Assembly (NCBI GenBank): GCA_034670305.1 | Contig: JAXMNT010000001.1 | Coordinates: forward strand, 96,001-160,000 | DNA from: Deltaproteobacteria bacterium | GTDB taxonomy: Bacteria > Myxococcota_A > Polyangia > Polyangiales > Houyiibacteriaceae | DNA length: 64,000 bases | Reading direction: 5' to 3' | Shown here: piece by piece, positions 30,027-39,459 of the stretch | How positions within the stretch are numbered: position 1 is the first letter of the stretch | Layout of the letters: each line of letters opens with the position of its first letter | Program-made: the position numbers and the translations under genes | The notes under the pieces: model-generated | Seen by the model: the letters and a program-made list of their open reading frames with translations, nothing else | Databases searched by the model: none | Told to the model about the DNA's origin: nothing

Positions 30027-31595
30027 ATGGACATCGCAATCGTCCTCTTCATCGTTCTGCTCGCACTCCTCGGCGCGCCGCTCTTCGCCATCTTCGCGGC
30101 GGCCGCGATGCTGCTCTTCGCGCAGCTGACCGACACGAGCATCACCGGCGCCGCCGCCGACATCTTCAGCGAGAAGTTCGGCGAGTCGCCGCTGCTCGTC
30201 ACCATCCCGCTCTTCACGTTCGCGGGCTACATGCTGGCGGAGAGCGGCACCCCACAACGATTGGTTCGGGTGTCGAGAGCCTGGTTCGGCTGGATGCCGG
30301 GTGGCCTCGCGATGGTCTGTCTCGTCGCGAGCGCGTTCTTCACGACGTTCACCGGCGGCAGCGGCATCACCATCGTCGCGGTCGGCGGGCTGCTCTTCCC
30401 GGCGCTGATCAGCGAGAAGTACCCGGAGAAGTTCTCCCTGGGTCTTGTGACCTCGGGCGGCTCGCTCGGCCTGCTCTTCCCGCCTTCGATTCCGATCGTG
30501 ATCTTCGCCGTCGTCGCGAACATCAAGATGGAATACCTCTTCCTCGCTGGTCTCGTGCCCGGCGTGCTCACGATGATCGTGCTCGCCATCTACGCGGCGT
30601 ACGTCGGCGTGAAGATCCCCGACATCCCCCGCCAGGGCTGGAACACCAAGGAGTCGCTGAGCTCCCTCTGGGAAGTGAAGTGGGAACTCGCGCTTCCCGT
30701 CGTGCTCGTCGCGGCGCTGCTCCTCGGCGTTCTGCGCATTCACGAAGCGGCGGCGTTCACCGCGTTCTACGTGCTGGTGATCGAGGTCTTCATCTACAAG
30801 GACGTGAAGATTGGCGCGGACGTCCCGCGCATCGTGCGCGAGTCGATGACGCTCGTCGGCGCGATCCTGGTCATTCTCGCCACCGCGGTCGGCTTCACGG
30901 GCTACCTGATTCAGGACCAGCTGCCGATGAAGATCCTCGAGGCCATGAGCACGATGATCGACAGCAAGATCGCGTTCCTCATCGCGCTCAACATCTTCTT
31001 GCTCGTGGTCGGCATGCTGATGGACATCTTCAGCGCCATCGTCGTCGTGGTGCCGCTCATCTTGCCCATCGCGCGTCAGTTCGGCGTGAACGACTACCAC
31101 CTCGGCATCGTGTTCCTGCTCAACCTCGAGATCGGCTACATGACGCCGCCGGTGGGGCTGAACCTCTTCATCTCGAGCTTCCGGTTCGGCAAACCGATCA
31201 CGGTGCTCTACAAAGCGGTCTTGCCGTTCATCGCGCTGCTGATCGTGGCGCTGCTCATCACCACCTATGTGGAAGAGCTATCGCTCATGCTCTTGCCGGA
31301 TGAAGCCACCGAACAAGTCTTCCCGGACGACGGCGCTGGCGTCGGTGGCGGGCTCGATGAGATCGAGAACGAGAACGAGAACGGCGGCGGTGGACTCGAC
31401 GACCTCGAGGACGACCTCGGCGGCGGCGGGCTCGACGATCTCGAAGACGAGTTCGGCGGGGGTGGCCTCGACGCGCTCGAAGACGAGTTCGGCGGCGGAC
31501 TCGACGCGCTCGAAGACGAGTACGGCGAAGACGAACTCGAGGACGACGGCGAAGTCAGCCCGCTCGACGCGCTCGAGGACGAACTGGGCGACTGA
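30027..31595 (+). CDS. dctM: TRAP large permease with acidic repeat tail
   Basis: IPLFTFAG, GSLGLLFPPSIP, EIGYMTPPVGLNLF. Confidence 0.93.
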   Translation: MDIAIVLFIVLLALLGAPLFAIFAAAAMLLFAQLTDTSITGAAADIFSEKFGESPLLVTIPLFTFAGYMLAESGTPQRLVRVSRAWFGWMPGGLAMVCLVASAFFTTFTGGSGITIVAVGGLLFPALISEKYPEKFSLGLVTSGGSLGLLFPPSIPIVIFAVVANIKMEYLFLAGLVPGVLTMIVLAIYAAYVGVKIPDIPRQGWNTKESLSSLWEVKWELALPVVLVAALLLGVLRIHEAAAFTAFYVLVIEVFIYKDVKIGADVPRIVRESMTLVGAILVILATAVGFTGYLIQDQLPMKILEAMSTMIDSKIAFLIALNIFLLVVGMLMDIFSAIVVVVPLILPIARQFGVNDYHLGIVFLLNLEIGYMTPPVGLNLFISSFRFGKPITVLYKAVLPFIALLIVALLITTYVEELSLMLLPDEATEQVFPDDGAGVGGGLDEIENENENGGGGLDDLEDDLGGGGLDDLEDEFGGGGLDALEDEFGGGLDALEDEYGEDELEDDGEVSPLDALEDELGD

Positions 31596-31660
31596 ACGAA
31601 GCGACGGCCGCAGGTGTCCCTTCTGGGGACGTTTGCGGCCGATGCGCGTATGACTCGACC

Positions 31661-32776
31661 ATGGGACTGGTCGGGTCTGGGTTCGAGAAGATGTATGCGA
31701 AGCGGCGGCAGCTCATCGCCGACGAAGCCGCAGGCGCGGGGTCGAAGTTCTTCGCATTCGAACAATCGGGCAGCGGCTCAGCCGGGGGCCTCGTGGCCCA
31801 CGCGATCCGGGCGAAAATTCCGCTCGTCGATCAGAAGGTCGATGGCGTGCAGGTCTTCGGCTTCGAGACCCAGGGCGTGCGGCACATGTACGTGCAGCCC
31901 TGGTCGGGGGTCCACCCACTTCCCGGAGAACACCACGCGTGGCTGCACGGGAGCTTCCGGTCGCCGATCGCGTTCGTTCGATCGATCGTCGGGTTCCGCT
32001 GGGACGCGGGCGGCGACGAAGAACTGAAACTCTGGCTCGGCGGACAGCCCGAGCTGACCGCGGCGATCAACGCGTGTTCCGGCAAGTGGAAGGCGAACGG
32101 CGGGGGCATGTCGCTCGACTGCAAAGCGCAGTTGACGAGCCTTGGCGACGGTCGCGCGCACCTCGTGCAACACGCGGGTCACCACGGCGGCTTGCTCGGG
32201 ACCCAGATCGGCGTGCGCGAGTTCCTGGGTCTGGGCGCGACGCTCGCGGGTCTGCTCCCGCGCGAACGGCAGCCGGCGCAATCGCCCCTTCGCGGCGTTG
32301 CGTACACCGAAGTGTTCCAGCGGTGTCTGCTCTCGCTCGATGGCCAGCCCCCAGCGACCACGCAGGCGCGCTCCTACCTGGACGTCGTGCGCGCGGCGGG
32401 ACACGCGCACGAGTCCGAGACGTTCTTCGTGCACGACTGGCCACCGGAGATCGATGGCAACGTGCGCTCGCTGGTCCTGCCCGGCCACGAACGCGGCGCT
32501 CCGATCGCAGCAGTCTTGGATCTGACCGCCCTCGGTTCCGGCAAGGACGCGGTCGTGCTCACGGCCACGTCCCTCTACATGCGTTCGGTGGGCGACACCC
32601 TCGGCTTTGCGCTCGAGGAGCTGCACGCGGTCGAGCCTCCGAAGGGGCTGCTCATCAAGACGGTGAAGGTCACCCTCAAGAGCGGCCGGTCGATGAAGGT
32701 CCAGGCCGGCAGCGACGCCTCCGCGCTCTACGCGGTGCTCGGCGCGGTGTCCGCGCAGAACCAACACGGACGTTGA
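31661..32776 (+). CDS. Hypothetical protein
   Basis: Protein-like composition in the GC-biased frame; no recognised motif; start may be 31691. Confidence 0.65.
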   Translation: MGLVGSGFEKMYAKRRQLIADEAAGAGSKFFAFEQSGSGSAGGLVAHAIRAKIPLVDQKVDGVQVFGFETQGVRHMYVQPWSGVHPLPGEHHAWLHGSFRSPIAFVRSIVGFRWDAGGDEELKLWLGGQPELTAAINACSGKWKANGGGMSLDCKAQLTSLGDGRAHLVQHAGHHGGLLGTQIGVREFLGLGATLAGLLPRERQPAQSPLRGVAYTEVFQRCLLSLDGQPPATTQARSYLDVVRAAGHAHESETFFVHDWPPEIDGNVRSLVLPGHERGAPIAAVLDLTALGSGKDAVVLTATSLYMRSVGDTLGFALEELHAVEPPKGLLIKTVKVTLKSGRSMKVQAGSDASALYAVLGAVSAQNQHGR

Positions 32777-32885
32777 GGCTCAGTCGCTGGGCGTGGGCTC
32801 AGGCGGCAGCAATCGGTAGCCGGCCACCATGCGGTTGCCGTGACCCGGGTTCGCAGCCTGTGACCTCCACATGTTGCGCTCGTAC

Positions 32886-35105
32886 TCAAGGTGCCTCCGA
32901 GTTCGGCGTTGTGATCGACCGCAGGGTGATCTCGGGGATCGGCTGCCGGTCTCGGTCGCACTCCGGTACGTCGCGCTGGCAGGCCCGCAGGAGCTGCGGT
33001 TGCTGGTCGGGCACGCGGTAGCGGAGGAAGATCTGACGCAGCCGTTCGACGTCCGGTCCTTCGGTCACGGCGAGGCTCTGCGAGCGCAAGAGATCCGGGT
33101 TTCGGGGCCCGAGTCCGAGGCCGTGCGCGGCGGCATCCACCGTCGCGATGGGGTCGACGGTGTCCACGCTGCCGCGGGCGCGCGCCAGGTCGCGCCACGC
33201 GAACACGTCGCCCGGCGCCATCGCGGCGACCGCGCCGTAGGCCCGCGCGGCTTGTTCCCACTGCCAGACCTGCGCGTAGGCGTGGCCGACCGCGCGCTGG
33301 GTGGGTGGGGCGCCGGGGAGCGCTTCTTCGGCGAGCGCGGCTTCGGCGAGCGCTTCTTCCAGTCGGCCTTGCCGGGCCGCCACCCGCGCGCGCAGGACGT
33401 GGGTCGCCGCGCGGGCTCGGTCGCCGGGTGCGATCTCGAGCGCGCGCGCGAGCACCGGACGGGCTTCATCCAGCCGCTCCTGCACCCCATGCAGCAGACC
33501 GATCGCGTACTGGTTGAGGCGTGGCCAAAGGACTTCGGCCGTGGGCAAAGCATGCCCCAGGGTGATCTGCGCACCCGAGATCTCCGTGATCGGCGCTTCG
33601 GCGCATCCGTCGATCGGGGTGCCGCCGAATCGACGCGTCGCGCGGGCGAAGGCGCGGCCGCGGGCGTCGCGGGTGGCGCGGCAGGCGAGGGTGCGCATGG
33701 CGGCGGGGTGCCGGCGGTGGCGCAGGTGCGCGCGGATGGTGAGGCCGGTGAGATCGACGTCGTCTGGAAGGTCGCCGCTGTAGCGCACGACGAGTGCGTC
33801 GCGTGCCTCGAGGCTGCGATCGAAGGCGAGGGCGCGGAACCGGTGCACCATGTGGGTGAGGTCCGGGCGGCCGTCTTCGTCGAGCAACACGGCGCGCAAC
33901 GTGAACGCGGTGGGATCGGGGGTGTCGGCGTGTTCGGTGCCCGCCGATGCGAGCACCTGTTCGCCATTCGAGACCTCGACCTCGAGCCAGAGGTCCTGCA
34001 GATCTCGGGTGCCGCCGGGGAACCGGTGGCCGGTGTCCCGGTTGAAGACGACCACGTCGAACGCGAACGCGCCGGGCACCGCAACCGCCGACTCCGCTGG
34101 GAGACGCCACTCGTTGCCGAAGCGCACCGCGGCGACATCCACGGTCGCGGAGCCGCGCAGTCGGTCTTGGGCGCGGGCGAACGCCGCCGGGTCGGTCTGG
34201 GCGAGGAGGCTGGTCTGGGCGGCCGCGACCCGATGCGACCGAACGCGTCCGGTGTCGTCGCGCGCGAGATCCGTGAGCGCATCTTCAGGCGCCATGTGGC
34301 AGTCCTGGCAGATCTGTTCGACCGGCGGTTCGACCTCGATGCGCTCCGCGTGCGCGTTGGCGTATACGCTGCGGCGCCATGCACCGATGTCGTCGATGCC
34401 GCCGAGGTGGTGTGGGCTGCCCATGTCTTCGTTCACGAACGAGCGGTGACAACTGCCGCACAGGCCCGCGGTGCGAAGTGGTCTCGGGGTCATGCGCGCG
34501 ACGTGGGCCGCGACCTCCGCCGCGCTGTTCGGATCGGGCAGAAACGCGGGGGCCACGTCGAGGGTGAAGCTGGCGTTGCCATCGGGCCGGACCTCGGTGA
34601 CCGAATGGCAGACGAGGCAGGTGATGCCCGCGTGGGCCGCGGGATCGTCGGGGCGCACGACGGCGGCATCCATCGCACCGCTGACCAGCAGTACCGGATC
34701 GTGGCACCCGGCGCAGAACCGGCTCGCCTCGGGGCCGCGCACGCGGCGGAACTCGTCGACGGTGGGCCGGTACCAGGGGTTGTCGAACGATGCGTGGGCG
34801 TGCGCGCTCGACTGCCAGTGCGCGACGACGTCTGCATGGCACGGGGCGCACTGCGCGACGTTCGCGAGGTCCTCCTGCGGGGTCCCGGCGAGTTCCATCT
34901 GAGATGGTGCGAACGCGCCGGGTTCGTGGGGGAAGCGGGGGCCGAGCGGATCGGTGTGCAGCGGCTCCGGAGGAGGTTCGATGTCTGGCTCGAGGTCGAT
35001 CGGGGGCGCGACCACCGGCGGATCGGGTGGCGGCGCGTCCCCGCCGCACCCGAGCGCGACGAACGCTGCACCGGCGATCGCACACCAGCGGAACCAACCT
35101 GGCAT
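32886..35105 (-). CDS. Pentaheme c-type cytochrome lipoprotein with C-terminal TPRs
   Basis: CAPCH, CAGCH, CLVCH, CGSCH, CQDCH; ALGC lipobox; GHRFPGG; TPR-like C-terminus. Confidence 0.85.
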   Translation of the reverse strand: MPGWFRWCAIAGAAFVALGCGGDAPPPDPPVVAPPIDLEPDIEPPPEPLHTDPLGPRFPHEPGAFAPSQMELAGTPQEDLANVAQCAPCHADVVAHWQSSAHAHASFDNPWYRPTVDEFRRVRGPEASRFCAGCHDPVLLVSGAMDAAVVRPDDPAAHAGITCLVCHSVTEVRPDGNASFTLDVAPAFLPDPNSAAEVAAHVARMTPRPLRTAGLCGSCHRSFVNEDMGSPHHLGGIDDIGAWRRSVYANAHAERIEVEPPVEQICQDCHMAPEDALTDLARDDTGRVRSHRVAAAQTSLLAQTDPAAFARAQDRLRGSATVDVAAVRFGNEWRLPAESAVAVPGAFAFDVVVFNRDTGHRFPGGTRDLQDLWLEVEVSNGEQVLASAGTEHADTPDPTAFTLRAVLLDEDGRPDLTHMVHRFRALAFDRSLEARDALVVRYSGDLPDDVDLTGLTIRAHLRHRRHPAAMRTLACRATRDARGRAFARATRRFGGTPIDGCAEAPITEISGAQITLGHALPTAEVLWPRLNQYAIGLLHGVQERLDEARPVLARALEIAPGDRARAATHVLRARVAARQGRLEEALAEAALAEEALPGAPPTQRAVGHAYAQVWQWEQAARAYGAVAAMAPGDVFAWRDLARARGSVDTVDPIATVDAAAHGLGLGPRNPDLLRSQSLAVTEGPDVERLRQIFLRYRVPDQQPQLLRACQRDVPECDRDRQPIPEITLRSITTPNSEAP

Positions 35106-35112
35106 CAAGCGC

Positions 35113-35215
35113 CGCCGCCGGCGTTCATCGGGCGAGCCGCTGTTCGACCTCGCGTCGGTGCCGCGCCGCCGGCGTTCATCGGGCGAGCCGCTCTTCGACC
35201 TCGCGTCGGTGCCGC
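35113..35215. repeat. 51-nt tandem duplication of a gene 3' end
   Basis: Two copies with one mismatch, period 51. Confidence 0.9.
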
Positions 35216-36216
35216 TCCGCCAGCGCGCGCCAGGGGTCTCCGTCTTCGCTCAGCGCGAGGTAGTCGGTCCACGCCCGCAGGGCCTGTTGCCAGTGCGGCC
35301 GGGCGTCTTCCCTCGGCGCGGCCTCGGCGTACGCCATGTGACCGAGCGCGACGTAGTAGTGCACTTCCGACTCCGGCTCGAAGAACACGTTCGGGTCATC
35401 GGTCAGCCCCTCCATCCCGCCGCCGAACACGCTCCGGGCGCGTGCGGCGTGGTCGAGTGCGCTGTGGTGTTCTCCGAGTCGATCGAGCGCCACGGCCAAT
35501 CCGAAGTGCGCGAGGAAGAGCGACCGTTCGTCCGTCGCCTCTTCGGCGTAGTCGATGGCGAGCTCGTAGTACGAGACCGCGTCGGTGAGCTGTCCATCCA
35601 TCATCAACGTCTCGGCGAGGTTGCTCGATGTGGTCGACGCGCTCTGCGCGGACATCGTGGCGGCATGTTCGAGCGCGCGTTTGTATTCGACGATCGCGAC
35701 CGCGGTCTCGCCTTCGCGGGAGTGCAGGAGCGCGAGTTCGAACGCGACGACCTCCGGCAGGTACGCCGGGTCGAGGGCTCGGACCTGGTGGTAGAGCGCG
35801 ATGGCTTCGGCCACCCGTCGCTCGGGCGCTTCTCCGGGACGGGGACGTTCGTACATGGCGGTGCGGACCGCGAGCTCGATCAGTGGTTCCGGGTCTTCCG
35901 GCACCAGCGCGTGCGCGCGGCGGAACCGTTCGATCGCGCCTTCCAGCCACGCTGCGTAGAGGTGCGGGCGCCGGTTGTTCCGCTCCTGAAGGGCGCGCGC
36001 CACGAGCACCCGGCCATGCCGCATGAGCACCGCGACGCGCCGGTGGCCGGGTTGCCGAAGCTCCCGCCAGAAGTCGGAGGTCTGCTCGACCGGACGTGTC
36101 ACCGCGGCCGAGCCAGGCGGGGCGGAGGTTTGCGCGGCGGTCGGCACAGATGGGCCGATCGAGGCCGCGAGGACCAGCCCGCACAGCGCATGCCGGGTGC
36201 CGCGTCGAAGACTCAT
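35176..36216 (-). CDS. Secreted TPR protein
   Basis: Signal peptide; SNLAETLM, AHFGLAVALDRLGE, VFFEP..HYYVALG. Confidence 0.78.
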   Translation of the reverse strand: MSLRRGTRHALCGLVLAASIGPSVPTAAQTSAPPGSAAVTRPVEQTSDFWRELRQPGHRRVAVLMRHGRVLVARALQERNNRRPHLYAAWLEGAIERFRRAHALVPEDPEPLIELAVRTAMYERPRPGEAPERRVAEAIALYHQVRALDPAYLPEVVAFELALLHSREGETAVAIVEYKRALEHAATMSAQSASTTSSNLAETLMMDGQLTDAVSYYELAIDYAEEATDERSLFLAHFGLAVALDRLGEHHSALDHAARARSVFGGGMEGLTDDPNVFFEPESEVHYYVALGHMAYAEAAPREDARPHWQQALRAWTDYLALSEDGDPWRALAERHRREVEERLAR

Positions 36217-37088
36217 CGCGGCCGCCGGCGGCGGGTTCGTTCGCGCACGGGTGGCGCCGCCGCGGCCTGCGCGTGTTCGAGCCACGGGCCGTCGGTGATC
36301 GCCTGCCACGCTGCCCGGGCGCCGCCGTCGTCCGTCGCCATCAGCACCAGCGCGCGCCGGGCGTCGCGTTCGGTGGGCGGCACGAACAAACTCGCGAGCA
36401 GTGCGTCGAGCCGCCCCCGCGCCGCGACGCGCCGCGCGTGGTCGCGCCATTCGACCGCTTCACCGGTGCGATGCAGCGCGAGCGCGATGCCGAGTGACGC
36501 GCGGGGGTCTGCGCCGCCCGATCGCAACGCCTCTCGGTAGGCACGGATTGCGGCGTCCGCGTGCGCAGGTCCCTGTGCGAGCAAGACGTCGCCGTACAGA
36601 CCGTAGAGCGACTGCCGCTGCGGCCCGGGCCGCATCCGCCCCAGCACTCGGGCCAGCACCTGCGCCGCGAGCGCGTGGTCTCCGCTCCGTGCCATGAGTT
36701 CTCCGGCGCGGGCCCCGTCCTGCGGATCGTCGAGCGCCGCGGGGTCGAGTTCCAGCGCGCGGCGCACGTCGGCCTGCGCCGAAGCCAGGTCGCCCAGTTC
36801 CCCGGCTGCGAGCGCCCGGACGACGAACGCTTCTCCGCGCTGGGGCAATCGGCGGGCGGCGGCGTCCGCCGAGGTGCGCGCTTGGTCGAGACGACGTGCC
36901 CGCAGGGCCGCACGCGCCCGCGTGACGTCGGCGCGCCAGGCACCGAGGCCTGGGGTGCGGACTTCGTCCCAGAAGTCCGAGGCGTGCGCTTGGCTCGGAG
37001 GGAAGGTCGACAGCCCCAGGAGTGCGACGAACCCCAAGAAGAGAGGTGCCAGGGCCAAAGCACGGCGGATCGCAGGGGCACAACGCAT
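36213..37088 (-). CDS. Secreted TPR protein
   Basis: Signal peptide ending AHA; TPR-like (VRRALELDP, ASLGIALALHRTGE); ATGA-coupled to the next gene. Confidence 0.72.
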   Translation of the reverse strand: MRCAPAIRRALALAPLFLGFVALLGLSTFPPSQAHASDFWDEVRTPGLGAWRADVTRARAALRARRLDQARTSADAAARRLPQRGEAFVVRALAAGELGDLASAQADVRRALELDPAALDDPQDGARAGELMARSGDHALAAQVLARVLGRMRPGPQRQSLYGLYGDVLLAQGPAHADAAIRAYREALRSGGADPRASLGIALALHRTGEAVEWRDHARRVAARGRLDALLASLFVPPTERDARRALVLMATDDGGARAAWQAITDGPWLEHAQAAAAPPVRERTRRRRPR

Positions 37089-37163
37089 CACAGGCGCAGG
37101 GTACGATCGCTCTGGGCGAGGAGCGAGCTTGTCGAACGGGGTCATTGGCGACAGGTTCTTCGA

Positions 37164-38189
37164 GTGGAGTCCCTCCTCAGACCTTGGCTGCTGGCTCGAT
37201 TTCTCAGCGGCCTGACCGCGGCCGCCTTGTGTGTGGTGGCGGTGCTGGTCGCCATCCGGGTTCTGAAACACTGGCGGGTCGGCTCCACCAGCGAAGGGCA
37301 GCTGGTCCTCGAGCGGCGCGCAGAGCTCGTCGCGACCCTGGTGCAAGCGGGGCTGCTGCTGGCGCTTCTCGGTCTGGTGTTGCTGGTCCTCGCCGCCGAT
37401 CGCAGCGCGGACTCGATCCGCGGCGCCATGTGTGCGTACGGCGTCTTCGACGCGACCCCGGTCGGCATGTGGCCGCTCGCGACCGGCAGCCTCGCCGCGC
37501 TCGCGTGTGCGGGCTGGTTGGCCTTGCACCGACTGGATCTGCGCGTGGCGCAACCGGTGCTGACCCGGCGCAAGTTCACCGCGCTCTTCGTGGTGGCGCC
37601 GCTGGTGTGGCTCGACCTCGGCACGTTCGTGGCGTTCTCCTCCGGCCTCGACTTCGACGTCGTCGCGTCCTGCTGCAGCGTCGGCCTCGACGGCGGTGCG
37701 ATCGGCCAGTGGGGCGCCGAGGCCTCCGCGGGCGTACGCGGCCTGACGTTCTTCGTGGCGGCGCTCGGCCTCGCGGTCGCTGCTGCGGTGAGCTTCGTGT
37801 GGGTGTGGCGCCGGCCGGGCCGATTCGCGGCCATGGTGGGCGCGGTGCTCTCGCTGCTCGCCGCGATGGCGATGGTCCCCGCCGTGCTCTACTTCATCGC
37901 GCCTCACGCCTACGAAACGCCCCGCCACCTCTGTCCATTCTGTCTGCTTCACGCGGACGTCGGTGGCATCGGGTGGCCGCTCTTTGCCAGCGTGTTCGCC
38001 GGGACCGCGCTCGGCGTCGGCATGGGTGTGGTCGCGTGGCAGCGGGGCGCCGGCGTGACAGCACCGGCGCGCGAAGTGCTGCGTGGGCTTGGCCGAGTGG
38101 GCGCGCTTCTGTGGGTGAGTGGGGCGCTGCTGGCGGCGTTCCCCGTGGTTCGATACTGGTGGATGACTGGAACAGGTTTGTTCGGATGA
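37164..38189 (+). CDS. Polytopic membrane protein with Cys motifs
   Basis: About 8 TM segments; GAMCAYG, ASCCS, HLCPFC. Confidence 0.8.
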   Translation: MESLLRPWLLARFLSGLTAAALCVVAVLVAIRVLKHWRVGSTSEGQLVLERRAELVATLVQAGLLLALLGLVLLVLAADRSADSIRGAMCAYGVFDATPVGMWPLATGSLAALACAGWLALHRLDLRVAQPVLTRRKFTALFVVAPLVWLDLGTFVAFSSGLDFDVVASCCSVGLDGGAIGQWGAEASAGVRGLTFFVAALGLAVAAAVSFVWVWRRPGRFAAMVGAVLSLLAAMAMVPAVLYFIAPHAYETPRHLCPFCLLHADVGGIGWPLFASVFAGTALGVGMGVVAWQRGAGVTAPAREVLRGLGRVGALLWVSGALLAAFPVVRYWWMTGTGLFG

Positions 38190-38629
38190 GACGATGGCGC
38201 TGGGCTCTGGGTGCAATGGTGTGTGCGGCTCTGGCGTGCGGCGGCGACGGAACGTCGACCGAGGGCGCCCCTGCAGAAGTCGCCGAAGCCCCGAGATGTG
38301 CGGAGTGCGGCATGCGCACCGACACCGCGCCGCGCTGGGTCGCGGGGCTGGGCGACGACCGCTTCGACGCTCCGAAGTGCCTCTTTCGGTACGCGGCCGA
38401 CCAAGGCACCGATCCCATCGGTGGCTGGGTCACCGACTACTACGGCGGCACCCGGCGCCAGATCGGCGAAGTGACGTTCGTCGCGGGCAGCGATGTCCAG
38501 AGCCCGATGGGCGACGACCTCGTTCCGCTGCTTGGCCACAGCCAGGCCGAACGCTTCATCGCGGACCACGGCGGCCGTGCGCTCGCTCCGGACGCAGTGG
38601 ACGCGACGGTGCTCGAAGCGCTGCACTGA
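38186..38629 (+). CDS. NosL-family lipoprotein
   Basis: ALAC lipobox; CAECGM, FDAPKCLF, VTDYY, GSDVQSPMGDDLVP, FIADHGG. Confidence 0.85.
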   Translation: MRRWRWALGAMVCAALACGGDGTSTEGAPAEVAEAPRCAECGMRTDTAPRWVAGLGDDRFDAPKCLFRYAADQGTDPIGGWVTDYYGGTRRQIGEVTFVAGSDVQSPMGDDLVPLLGHSQAERFIADHGGRALAPDAVDATVLEALH

Positions 38630-38649
38630 CCTCGCCGCTGCTGTGGTGG

Positions 38650-39459
38650 TCAGCCGGACACCAGGCGGCCGTCGTCGATCCGAACCGTGCGGTCCACGCT
38701 GGGCGCTTCGGCGAGGCGCGGGTCGTGGGTGCAGGCCAGGATGCTCTTGCCCTGGTCGCGCACGCCCGAGAGCAACTCAATGATCTGCGTGGCGTTGTCC
38801 GCGTCGACGTGGGCCGTCGGTTCGTCGAGGAGCAGCACGCCCGGGTCGGTGATCATCGCGCGCGCGAGTGAGCCGCGCTGACGTTCTCCGCCGCTCAGCT
38901 TCTCGATGCGGGTGTCCGCCTTCGCGCCGATGCCGAACTGCTCGAGCAGCATGTGCGCGCGTTCGGTGTCGGCGCGCGTCGGCCCGCCGGTGGGAACGAG
39001 CGGCAACAGGACGTTCTCGCGCAGCGTCATGCCGTCGATCAGTCGATGGTCCTGCAGCACGATGCCGATGTGGCGCCGGCGGGCGCGGGTGCGGTGGTGG
39101 TCGCGCATCTTGGTGAGGCTCTCGCCCTGCAAGCACACCTCACCCTTGGTCGGCTGCACGAGCCCGCCGAGCAGATGCAGCAGCGTGGTCTTGCCGCTGC
39201 CGCTCGGGCCGAGCAGCACCACGAACTCGCCGCCGGACAGGCGCAACGAGACCTCGCGCACGGCGAAGACTCTCTGGCCGCCATCGAAGAAGCGTTTGGT
39301 GACGTTCACGGCTTCGAGCGCCGTCTGCTCCGCGGTGCCTTTCGGCGCGGTGCTGCCCTCGAGAATCGCAGCGGTGTCTTCCGGCGCGGCGGTGTCTTCC
39401 GGCGCAGCGCCGTCTTTCGGCGCGCGCTCCTCCGAGACGCTCTCGTCTTCATCCCTCAC
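38650..39459 (-). CDS. ABC transporter ATP-binding protein (LolD/MacB-like)
   Basis: GPSGSGKT, LSGGERQR, LLLDEPT, THD. Confidence 0.92.
   Translation of the reverse strand: MRDEDESVSEERAPKDGAAPEDTAAPEDTAAILEGSTAPKGTAEQTALEAVNVTKRFFDGGQRVFAVREVSLRLSGGEFVVLLGPSGSGKTTLLHLLGGLVQPTKGEVCLQGESLTKMRDHHRTRARRRHIGIVLQDHRLIDGMTLRENVLLPLVPTGGPTRADTERAHMLLEQFGIGAKADTRIEKLSGGERQRGSLARAMITDPGVLLLDEPTAHVDADNATQIIELLSGVRDQGKSILACTHDPRLAEAPSVDRTVRIDDGRLVSG

Noticed and set aside
38186-38629. Nitrous oxide reductase cluster
   Set aside because: Only a NosL-family gene is present; the ABC genes are not NosF/NosY type
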